A stretch of 60,399 nt of DNA, from positions 1-60,399 of the forward strand of contig JAZKYG010000020.1 of the NCBI GenBank assembly GCA_045612025.1. Reading direction: 5' to 3'. Positions within the stretch are counted from its first letter, which is position 1; each line of letters opens with the position of its first letter. A program made the translations under genes and the position numbers. The notes under the pieces were generated by a model. It did not search any database, was not told the origin of the DNA, and worked only from the letters and a program-made list of their open reading frames with translations. This document shows positions 52,563 to 60,399 of the stretch, piece by piece. The stretch is from Bacteroidales bacterium. Lineage in GTDB: Bacteria > Bacteroidota > Bacteroidia > Bacteroidales > F082.

Positions 52563-53697
52563 TTCCTTTTAATACCTTATCGTATTGTCTTATTATCTCT
52601 TTTGCAATGCTTTGAGGAGAAAATCTCTCGTGACATTCCTGGCTTATTTTTGCTGATTGATATTTATCAATATTTAAGCGCATACGTGTCAATGCATCTG
52701 CTAAGAAATCAATGTCATTTACAGGAATCAGGATACCATTATCATCATTAACGAAATCTTCCGGACCGCCACAACGTGTTGCAATGACAGGCTTGCCACT
52801 TGCCATCGCTTCTATATACACGACGCCAAAAGTCTCACTCGTAGAAGCCAAAACAAAAGCATCAGCATCAGTCATCAAAGCTGACAGCTCATGACGTGGC
52901 TTTTGTCCTAACAACTTTATATTTTCACCAATATCATATTGATTTATAACACCTTGTAGATTATCCCTTTCTAAACCTTCTCCTACTATATACAAAAAGA
53001 CATCTTTCTCATTTGAGAAAGCTTTATGAAAAGCCTTTATCAAAACATCAAAGCCTTTAAGCGGTATCAGGTTTCCTACCGATAAAAAAACAAAACCTTG
53101 GTTATTAGCATGTTCCACATACTGATAAGTTGTCACATCAACAATATCATGCACTATAGAACTATCGAATCCAAAATTATTTTTAATGTTTTGTGATAAA
53201 GACTTTGAAACTGCAATAATAGAATCAGCATCAGAATACGCTTTGACAGCCAAGCGTCTATCCAACTCACTAATAAGGCTAGCGTCCTTATTTAATTTAC
53301 TGCTATGTTCTGTGATGAAGAATGGCACTTTAGCTTTTTTCTTAATTATCGAAGCGATTGCAGCTATTGAATAGAAATGTGCGTGTACTACATCAGGTTT
53401 CCCGACTTTCTTAACGGCTTTTTTATATAAAAACCAAAGCAGTCTTTGCAATATTGGCAAGGCTCTTCGATAGACACCTAATGGCAAAGAAAGTTCAAAT
53501 ACTTTCACACCATCTCTTTCGTATGAGAAGAACCCATATTTTCTTTTATAAGCCATTGATCTGAAATCCATTACAAGCATTGAAGCATCGACTCCACTTT
53601 CAGCCAAGGCTTTAGCTTGGTCGAATTCAAATATCCCATATAAAGGATACTCCTTAGAAGGGATTCCTCTTGATATTATAAAAGATTTCATAATCAA
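52555..53697 (-). CDS. Glycosyltransferase, GT4-like (GT-B fold)
   Basis: SETFGVVYIEAMASGKPVIATRCGGPEDFV (an E-x7-E type motif). Its 3' end overlaps licD by 8 nt in convergent orientation. Confidence 0.88.
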   Translation of the reverse strand: MIMKSFIISRGIPSKEYPLYGIFEFDQAKALAESGVDASMLVMDFRSMAYKRKYGFFSYERDGVKVFELSLPLGVYRRALPILQRLLWFLYKKAVKKVGKPDVVHAHFYSIAAIASIIKKKAKVPFFITEHSSKLNKDASLISELDRRLAVKAYSDADSIIAVSKSLSQNIKNNFGFDSSIVHDIVDVTTYQYVEHANNQGFVFLSVGNLIPLKGFDVLIKAFHKAFSNEKDVFLYIVGEGLERDNLQGVINQYDIGENIKLLGQKPRHELSALMTDADAFVLASTSETFGVVYIEAMASGKPVIATRCGGPEDFVNDDNGILIPVNDIDFLADALTRMRLNIDKYQSAKISQECHERFSPQSIAKEIIRQYDKVLKGTN

Positions 53698-53701
53698 TAA
53701 T

Positions 53702-55000
53702 TTATAGAGAGTTTAACAAAGTCACATAATCAGCTGCCAGATTCTTTCTAGAATATCTTTCCACATTTTTCTGACAGGTCGCTGACGATTCTTTATTGCG
53801 ATATTTAAGGAACAATCGTTTTAATTCTGTCTTCATTTGCTCTTTATCATCAAAATCGACATTAACACCTGTTTCGGTCTCACGCAATATCATAGCCGTA
53901 TCGCCATCAGAAGGTCCGATTGACAATATCGGACGACCTGAAGCCATATATTCGAATAACTTTCCTGTCAGAATACCTTTTGCATTAGGAGTGTTATTAA
54001 CGAAAAGCAAAAGCACATGTGACTCAGTCTGTTTTTCAAGTACTTCTGAATGTGGGATATATGGAATTATCTCGACATATTTTTCTATGCCATTAGCTTT
54101 AATGGAATCTATTACACTTTTGTCGACCTGACCTATCAGTCTAATGTCAAGAGCATTAGCGAATTCATCATCTTTAACAAGATCCGCTATAGATTCCCAC
54201 AACATGACAGGATTTCTATTTGCGCCAATGATGCCGATATGAGAAAGGGTAAATTTTTCTGTCAGTTTGTTATCATTTTTTAACATATTGATGTCAAAAT
54301 CATAACCATTACAGATTACTTTAACATCCCTTCCGCAGATATTTTTCAACCCTTGCGCGCAGTTATTTCCTACAGTAACTATTTCATTAGCAGACATCAG
54401 CACCGATTTTTCCAATCTATGATGTTTTCTGTCGGCCCATTTTGTCAATCTTAAATCCTTATAGAAATCTATGTCAGTCCAAGGATCGCGGAAGTCGGCA
54501 ATCCAAGGAATGTTAAATTTCTTATGCAATTCTTTTGCTATGAGATGCATAGAATGCGGAGGACCCGTTGAGATAATTGCATCTACAGGATGATTTTTCA
54601 AATATCTTTTAAGAAATCTCACAGAAGGTCTTATCCACCAGCAACGAGCGTCTGGAATAAAGAAATTACCTCTTATCCATACACTTATATTCTCTTTCCA
54701 AGTAGATTTCTTTTTTCCTTCATTGATAAAACCGGCCTTAATCTTCTCATCTTTCTTTATTCCCAATACCTTCTTGTAAAAAGAATAAGGTTCAAAGATT
54801 CTACGTTTTATCACCTCTGCTTCTGGAGCGACATCCTTTTCCAACGACAAATCTTCGACTGGATATTCCGCATCATCGGCAGTATAAATCACAGGTTGCC
54901 AGCCATTTTCAGGAAGATATTTAGACATCTTCAACCAACGCTGAACACCAGAACCGCCTGATGGAGGCCAATAATACGTTATAATTAGGACGCGTTTCAT
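53702..55000 (-). CDS. Glycosyltransferase (GT-B fold, GT4-like)
   Basis: MKRVLIITYYWPPSGGSGVQRW at the N-terminus, and GKLFEYMASGRPIL near the C-terminus. Confidence 0.8.
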   Translation of the reverse strand: MKRVLIITYYWPPSGGSGVQRWLKMSKYLPENGWQPVIYTADDAEYPVEDLSLEKDVAPEAEVIKRRIFEPYSFYKKVLGIKKDEKIKAGFINEGKKKSTWKENISVWIRGNFFIPDARCWWIRPSVRFLKRYLKNHPVDAIISTGPPHSMHLIAKELHKKFNIPWIADFRDPWTDIDFYKDLRLTKWADRKHHRLEKSVLMSANEIVTVGNNCAQGLKNICGRDVKVICNGYDFDINMLKNDNKLTEKFTLSHIGIIGANRNPVMLWESIADLVKDDEFANALDIRLIGQVDKSVIDSIKANGIEKYVEIIPYIPHSEVLEKQTESHVLLLFVNNTPNAKGILTGKLFEYMASGRPILSIGPSDGDTAMILRETETGVNVDFDDKEQMKTELKRLFLKYRNKESSATCQKNVERYSRKNLAADYVTLLNSL

Positions 55001-55001
55001 T

Positions 55002-55031
55002 TTAATTCATAATGCACAATGCATAATTATT
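55002..55031. repeat. CATAATK-family repeat between co-oriented genes
   Basis: TTAATTCATAATGCACAATGCATAATTATT. Confidence 0.8.
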
Positions 55032-57480
55032 GTTCTGTTGATTTTCTATATGTTACGAAGATTGCAGCAAATAATCCCAAGATTAAAATCAATGATGAAG
55101 TGAATTGAATTATGTTACCGACCTTCCAAATCTTAGGTTCGTAACGCATCATAATCTGATGATTGCCAGCTGGGATAACGGCTGCTCTCAAGATATAGTC
55201 TGCTCTGATCAAAGGACTTTCTTCTCCGTCAATCCACATGGTCCATCCTTTGCTTGTCCATATTTCAGAGAAGACAACCAATTCATCTTTTGAAGAACTA
55301 AAGCTGTAAATCAATTCGTTAGGTTTATATGAATCTAACTTTATCATTCCATTTCCTGAAGCAGGATTAAAGTCACCGATAACATTTTTAAATTCATCAT
55401 TAACGATAGCTGTGGTTCTGACGTCAGTATTTTCAATAGCGTCAATCTCTTCATTAGGCGTTGAAATCCAATCTATATTCGATACAATCCAAGCATTGCC
55501 AAAAGCATTAGGATTTCTCATCACACCTGCTCTATTATCACTTTGTGTATGAATAATGTATTTAGTGTTCAACATATTAAGCACATTCCAGAACGAATCG
55601 CTGCCAATCTTATTACCGCTCATATAATGATTTATAATATCTTGATAACGACGTAATTTCGCTCCATGATAACCACCTATGGATTTATGGTAATACGAGG
55701 TACTTGCATCGTTGAAAGTATTTTTAGTCAAATCCATAACTCTATAATTCAAGCTGTTATCCTGTAAAATCTGCTTATCTATTGCAGACATTGCAAAAGG
55801 CTTATCAAAGCGAGCCTTATCGATAAAGTCGCCATTATTGAGATAACGTTTGTTGATAGGGAACATATCTGCAACGACTAAGACAGCAAGTAATGCAAAC
55901 ATTACATTGTTTTTCAATTTTCCGTTAACATTTATTAACAAAATTATAGCTGCAGCTGTGATAAACAAGAAACTTCTGATTGCGTCTTTCTGGAATATTG
56001 CAATACGGACTTTTTCGAGTTCAGACATAAACATTTGATAAATGGCACCGTCTTTTCCAGCAGTTAACTGAGCGAATTGAGCAGCTTCGCCTTGACTGAG
56101 GAAGTTGAAGAATACATTAGGGGCGATGTAGAATAACAAACATAAACCTGCTGTCAATCCGAAAGATACATAAAGATAATACATATTTTTCTTTAAAACC
56201 TCTGGATTTCTCATCACCTCTGCGAGAGCAAGGAACGCGAGAATTGGCATACATACTTCCGCGATGACGAGTGTCATTGAGACTGCTCTGAACTTATTAT
56301 ACATTGGGAAATAATCGAGGAAGAAGTCGGTGAATCCCATGAAGTTCTTACCCCAACTCAATAATATTGAGAGTATTGTAGCAGCGAGCAACACCCACTT
56401 TATCTTTCCTTTCACGACAAACAAGCCAAGGACAAAGAGGAAACATACTATAGCGCCAACATAAACAGGACCGCTTGTTCCAGGTTGGTCGCCCCAATAA
56501 GCGTTGTTCTGAGCCACCATAGAACGCCAACGAGGTTCGGTCTTTGCCAAAGCAGGATTGTCATTTCCAATAAGATCCGTTGCACCGCCTTTCACATTTG
56601 GTATCATCAGACTCCAAGTCTCGCCAATGCCATAACTCCATTGTGTGACATAATCTCTGTCGAGTCCACGAGTCTGATTTCCACTGTTTTCAACCAAGAC
56701 AGGTTTTCCTCTCATCGTCTCTTTTCCAAATTCATAATTTGCATAAAGCGATGTCGTACTTGTCATTACAGCCAACAAACCAGCGAAGAGAAGAACACTG
56801 CTTGCTTTTACAAAATCTATATATTTCTTTGTTTTGATTACCTCAACAAATTCAGCTATGACCATAATCATCACTATCATGAAAAGATAGTAGGTTATCT
56901 GGATGTGACCTGCTCTGATTTCAAGTGCCAATGATATTGCAGTGAGGACTGCTCCCCAGAGATATTTTCCTTTGTAAGTCATTATGATACCTGCAATCAC
57001 AGGTGCCATATATGCCATTGCGACAGCCTTAGAGTTATGACCAGCACCAATTACAATAAACAGATACGAGGTAAAGCCATACGCCAGACCTGCCAGAAAA
57101 CTAATCCAAACATTAGCGCCTAACACCATCATCAAAACAAAGAACCCCAACATGCTAATAAAAACAGAACCAATAGGATGCGGCAAACCTATATTGAGCA
57201 CTTTATTGACATAATTCATCAAGTTAGAATATTGAAACACACCTATATTCCATGCGGGCATACCGCCAAACATAGAGTTGGTCCAAAGCGACTGCTCGCC
57301 GGTCTCGTTACGAAATTCTGTAATTTCCTGAGACATGCCTTTGTACATCTCAATATCGTGCTGTTTGATTCTCTTGCCTTCCAGGATTGGAGAAAAATAA
57401 ACCAATGTTATAGCCGCAAAAGCAATGATTGCGAATAATATACCTAAAAATTGTTTGTTTTTAAAGATGTTTTTTTCCAT
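55027..57480 (-). CDS. YfhO-family polytopic membrane protein (putative extracytoplasmic glycosyltransferase)
   Basis: 817 aa with about 13 or more transmembrane helices, followed by a C-terminal soluble domain and a terminal transmembrane helix. This is the architecture typical of YfhO. Confidence 0.75.
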   Translation of the reverse strand: MEKNIFKNKQFLGILFAIIAFAAITLVYFSPILEGKRIKQHDIEMYKGMSQEITEFRNETGEQSLWTNSMFGGMPAWNIGVFQYSNLMNYVNKVLNIGLPHPIGSVFISMLGFFVLMMVLGANVWISFLAGLAYGFTSYLFIVIGAGHNSKAVAMAYMAPVIAGIIMTYKGKYLWGAVLTAISLALEIRAGHIQITYYLFMIVMIMVIAEFVEVIKTKKYIDFVKASSVLLFAGLLAVMTSTTSLYANYEFGKETMRGKPVLVENSGNQTRGLDRDYVTQWSYGIGETWSLMIPNVKGGATDLIGNDNPALAKTEPRWRSMVAQNNAYWGDQPGTSGPVYVGAIVCFLFVLGLFVVKGKIKWVLLAATILSILLSWGKNFMGFTDFFLDYFPMYNKFRAVSMTLVIAEVCMPILAFLALAEVMRNPEVLKKNMYYLYVSFGLTAGLCLLFYIAPNVFFNFLSQGEAAQFAQLTAGKDGAIYQMFMSELEKVRIAIFQKDAIRSFLFITAAAIILLINVNGKLKNNVMFALLAVLVVADMFPINKRYLNNGDFIDKARFDKPFAMSAIDKQILQDNSLNYRVMDLTKNTFNDASTSYYHKSIGGYHGAKLRRYQDIINHYMSGNKIGSDSFWNVLNMLNTKYIIHTQSDNRAGVMRNPNAFGNAWIVSNIDWISTPNEEIDAIENTDVRTTAIVNDEFKNVIGDFNPASGNGMIKLDSYKPNELIYSFSSSKDELVVFSEIWTSKGWTMWIDGEESPLIRADYILRAAVIPAGNHQIMMRYEPKIWKVGNIIQFTSSLILILGLFAAIFVTYRKSTEQ

Positions 57481-57490
57481 GATTCTTAAC

Positions 57491-57525
57491 TTAATTCACA
57501 ATGCATATTTCATAATGCATAATTA
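57491..57525. repeat. CATAATK-family repeat
   Basis: TTAATTCACAATGCATATTTCATAATGCATAATTA. It overlaps the stop codon of the downstream beta-helix gene. Confidence 0.8.
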
Positions 57526-59136
57526 GTATACAAATTTAATATTTATTATTTCTTCCTTTGACTCAATGTTCAGAAAATATACATTATTTTTTTGCAGCGA
57601 TTCAATGAAATCAGACATACGAATTTCATTCATTCCAGATTCCATTTTCCCGTAATTCTTAACGAACATTAACGAAGCATTCTGATTATATATTTTAACA
57701 TTCACATCCGATGTCTCTTTCAGTTCAAACCGGCATATTGAATTATATGTCAGAGGATTAGGATAAATGTTAATATTTTTACAGTTAATTTCTTTTAAGG
57801 AAGTAGCTGTTGACTCATAGCAGCCCATATCGATTCTATTACCGACAATTCTCTGGTTGCCAGCCAAGTCTTTTTCAGGCAGTTTAAGTCCAGTAGTATC
57901 GAGGCTTCCGCTATTTATTGCCGGGCTTCCGTATTGAAGCTGGAAGTCGCGGTTTTGAACATCCACAAACATCGGATCGCTGTCGAGCATTGTAGCGGTA
58001 TCGTAAACAGCGATACTTGAATTTCCATGCACTTCTTCATAACCGCCTTGCAGTATCGAGTTATAGAACTCAGGAGAGCAGTCGCTGCCCCAGACGAAAA
58101 TCTGCGAGCCGTCCGGAATTGACGCATGCTCAGCGTACCAGTCGTTGCCCCAGATGATGCAGTTCTTGAACACAGGACGCGCCTGACTATAAAACTGCAG
58201 CGCACCTCCACCAGCAGCCATGGTATAATTGTTTGTCATAGTGACATTCTGTATCAATGGAGATGAAGTTGCCATCGCCATCGCGCCGCCGTAATGATAT
58301 GCTATATTATTATCAAACAAACAATTCGAGATTCTAACCTCATAATCGTTGCTTCTCTGGATTCCCATTCCTGCAGCATTGACGGCGTAGTTATCTTCAA
58401 ATATCGCATTGTTGACATAGACGTAACAGCTGTCGAAATTGACACCGCCACCATAGCAATTTGTGCAATAATTATCATGGAAATACATATCCTCCATCTT
58501 CACTTCGCAGTTGTTAAACTGAAAACCCGCGCCATGCATATAGACGCCCTCTTCATTGAAACCGAAGTTTGAGTCGACTTCGCAATTCGAGATATTTACA
58601 GAAGAATGCTCAGCGTAAAGAGCACCGCCTTTTGAATTGGTGAGATTATGATAAAATGTCGTGTTTGTGATATTGACGGAAGAGTTGTAGATTCTTACTG
58701 CGCCACCGTAAGACGCCACTCTACCATTGTCCGTTGACTGTTGACTGTTGTCTTCTATCGCTTTTCCAAATGAGAAATGACAGTAATCCAATAATACAGT
58801 GTCTTTTACATTTTGAAGGATAAGTCCGTTCCAAGCGCCTTTTCCTTTTTTCCAATTGAAGAATCCCGTAGTGTCGCGGGAGGTAAAATAGATGGAATCG
58901 TCTTCGCATCCGACTGCCTTAAACGAACCATTTATCATGATGCTGAAATAATCATCGAAAATCACGTGCGTTCCTTCGGCAATTGTCAGCGACTTATCTT
59001 CCGGAACGATGACGTTATCTATAACAAATACAGTGTCGCAATCCCATAATCCTTCTTGAATACCAAATACTTCCATAGTCTGGGATTTCAGCACAAAAGG
59101 TAATAACAAAAATAACGACACTAATATTTTTTTCAT
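57523..59136 (-). CDS. Right-handed parallel beta-helix (pectin-lyase-fold-like) protein with a T9SS C-terminal sorting domain
   Basis: A signal peptide, repeated GGA(L/M/V).. turns (GGALYAEHSSVNISNC, GGGVNFDSCYV, GGAMAMATSS, GGGALQFYS) and a C-terminal IYPNPL... domain. Confidence 0.85.
   Translation of the reverse strand: MKKILVSLFLLLPFVLKSQTMEVFGIQEGLWDCDTVFVIDNVIVPEDKSLTIAEGTHVIFDDYFSIMINGSFKAVGCEDDSIYFTSRDTTGFFNWKKGKGAWNGLILQNVKDTVLLDYCHFSFGKAIEDNSQQSTDNGRVASYGGAVRIYNSSVNITNTTFYHNLTNSKGGALYAEHSSVNISNCEVDSNFGFNEEGVYMHGAGFQFNNCEVKMEDMYFHDNYCTNCYGGGVNFDSCYVYVNNAIFEDNYAVNAAGMGIQRSNDYEVRISNCLFDNNIAYHYGGAMAMATSSPLIQNVTMTNNYTMAAGGGALQFYSQARPVFKNCIIWGNDWYAEHASIPDGSQIFVWGSDCSPEFYNSILQGGYEEVHGNSSIAVYDTATMLDSDPMFVDVQNRDFQLQYGSPAINSGSLDTTGLKLPEKDLAGNQRIVGNRIDMGCYESTATSLKEINCKNINIYPNPLTYNSICRFELKETSDVNVKIYNQNASLMFVKNYGKMESGMNEIRMSDFIESLQKNNVYFLNIESKEEIINIKFVY
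58726..58755 (-). repeat. Heptamer-family repeat in frame in the beta-helix CDS
   Basis: The coding strand GACAACAGTCAACAGTCAACGGACAATGG encodes DNSQQSTDNG, the same peptide as in rnhA. Confidence 0.85.
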
Positions 59137-59237
59137 CAGAAAATTCAAATTGATTTTACAAAAATAATCATTTTTCAGCAATAAAAATTCACTTTATTAT
59201 TTATTAGGTATTTTGTTTGAAATAAAGATTTTTAACT

Positions 59238-59245
59238 TATTTTTG
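59238..59245 (+). promoter_or_regulatory. -7 box TATTTTTG
   Basis: It matches TAnnTTTG and lies 19 nt upstream of ATG 59265. Confidence 0.4.
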
Positions 59246-59264
59246 TAGAGAAATTAAAACATAA

Positions 59265-60053
59265 ATGTTTATGAAAAAATTACTCTTACTTTTAATTGTT
59301 TCTTTACCATTTTTATCATTTTCACAGGTGGGAAGAGACATCGACAGTGATTTTGACAATATGTTTCAAATCCTTGAAGACGAGATGGGTATTCAAGAGC
59401 AAGGTGTATTCACATTGCGTTTCGCAGATGCTGAAACTGATGAGGCAGTCCAAAATGCCACAGTCAATATTAAAAATATCGGAACATACACTACAGACGT
59501 TGAAGGTTTGGTAAGATTTCCTCTTCAAGCTGACGGCAAATATCAGTTCTCATTCAAGAAAGACGGTTATATCCCAGCAGACATGACTTTTGAAGTCGCT
59601 GCAGGCATGATTTATTTCAACCGTTTCTCAGTTTCAAAACTGATGGAGTTAGGCCAGATACGCATCGTCCTCGATTGGGGCAACAACCCTAACGACCTCG
59701 ACCTTCATCTTGAAAAAGTAGGACAATATCACATCGCTTATCATCACAAAAGAGTAGCTGACGACCGATCAGCACGACTCGACAGAGACGACGTCGACGG
59801 CAATGGTCCAGAGACAATCACAATAACAGATGTCGACGATGACGCTTCTTACAACTGTTACGTACATGACTTCACAAACCGTAACATTACAGATTCAGAA
59901 AAACTTTCTAAATCAAAAGCCAGAATATCAGTATATAATGACAACCAATTAGAGTTCATCCTCGACATTCCTACCGGCGTAGAAGGAACACGTTGGGATG
60001 TATTCCAATTAGACAAGAGTATCTTCAACAAATTAAATAGAATTGCAAATTAA
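59265..60053 (+). CDS. Secreted protein with a CarboxypepD_reg-like N-domain and a YfaP/DUF2135-like C-domain
   Basis: A signal peptide. IRIVLDWGNNPNDLDLHL...DRDDVDGNGPETITI...YNCYVHDF resembles the DUF2135 pattern. Confidence 0.65.
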   Translation: MFMKKLLLLLIVSLPFLSFSQVGRDIDSDFDNMFQILEDEMGIQEQGVFTLRFADAETDEAVQNATVNIKNIGTYTTDVEGLVRFPLQADGKYQFSFKKDGYIPADMTFEVAAGMIYFNRFSVSKLMELGQIRIVLDWGNNPNDLDLHLEKVGQYHIAYHHKRVADDRSARLDRDDVDGNGPETITITDVDDDASYNCYVHDFTNRNITDSEKLSKSKARISVYNDNQLEFILDIPTGVEGTRWDVFQLDKSIFNKLNRIAN

Positions 60054-60084
60054 GAATCATCAATAATTTTTTAACATAAAAGAT

Positions 60085-60399
60085 ATGAGTAACACTAAAA
60101 AACTTTTTGAAGAATTCCCACAGGTAAGCACTGAACAATGGGAAGCAGTGATTCAAAAAGACCTTAAAGGAGCTGATTACGACAAGAAACTTGTCTGGAA
60201 AACAGCTGAAGGTTTTTCGGTAAGACCTTATTACCGTGCTGAAAATCTCAATTCAATAACATGGAACAACGTGGAACCTAATCAGTTCCCATACGTTCGC
60301 GGCAACAAGACAAAAGGCAACGAATGGTTAATCTGCCAAGATATCAACGTTACCGACTGCAAAGCTGCCAACGAAAAAGCATTAGACGCACTCAGCAGA
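60085..60399 (+). CDS. Methylmalonyl-CoA mutase small-subunit-like protein, N-terminal part (3' partial at the window edge)
   Basis: ATG 60085 opens a frame that stays open to the window end: MSNTKKLFEEFPQVSTEQWEAVIQKDLKGADYDKKLVWKTAEGFSVRPYYRAEN. This is typical of MutA/MutB N-termini. Confidence 0.6.
   Translation, partial: MSNTKKLFEEFPQVSTEQWEAVIQKDLKGADYDKKLVWKTAEGFSVRPYYRAENLNSITWNNVEPNQFPYVRGNKTKGNEWLICQDINVTDCKAANEKALDALSR

Overview
This 60.4 kb window looks like a chromosomal segment from a low-GC member of the Bacteroidota. All product calls rest on motif recognition by eye, because no database search was possible. Three things support the phylum call. Many genes are preceded by the Bacteroidota -7 promoter box TAnnTTTG and have no Shine-Dalgarno sequence. 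Three proteins end in type IX secretion (T9SS) C-terminal sorting domains. The F-type ATPase operon is atpBEFHAG with no atpDC. About 58 protein genes and one tRNA-Arg(CCU) are supported. Most are housekeeping: folE, fabD, an S41 protease, the atp operon, rnhA, tcdA, tatD, gpmA, recO, rluB, dnaG, ssb, sodB, ade, panCD, rfaE-like, rlmI and a mutA start. Five features deserve a second look. (1) A three-gene HipB / HipS-like / HipT-like split-HipA kinase toxin-antitoxin module, with an array of TATACC..GGTATA operator-like palindromes, lies beside the tRNA-Arg gene. (2) A mirrored four-gene envelope cassette consists of a PLC/GDPD-like lipoprotein, two LtaS-like membrane phosphotransferases and an inverted second PLC/GDPD-like lipoprotein. 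Together with licD, two glycosyltransferases and yfhO further on, this gives a teichoic-acid-like toolkit in a diderm. (3) A GC-richer islet carries a beta-helix repeat gene with a strong AGGAGG Shine-Dalgarno site, next to a roughly 220 nt imperfect palindrome with 6S-RNA-like architecture. (4) Families of 7-8 nt tandem or inverted repeats are pervasive. They form hairpins between genes and supply the last codons of several genes. (5) The same repeat families sit in frame inside coding sequences (atpG twice, rnhA, a NodB deacetylase, a T9SS beta-helix protein and possibly tatD), reminiscent of Rickettsia palindromic elements. No CRISPR array, rRNA, transposase or integrase was seen.
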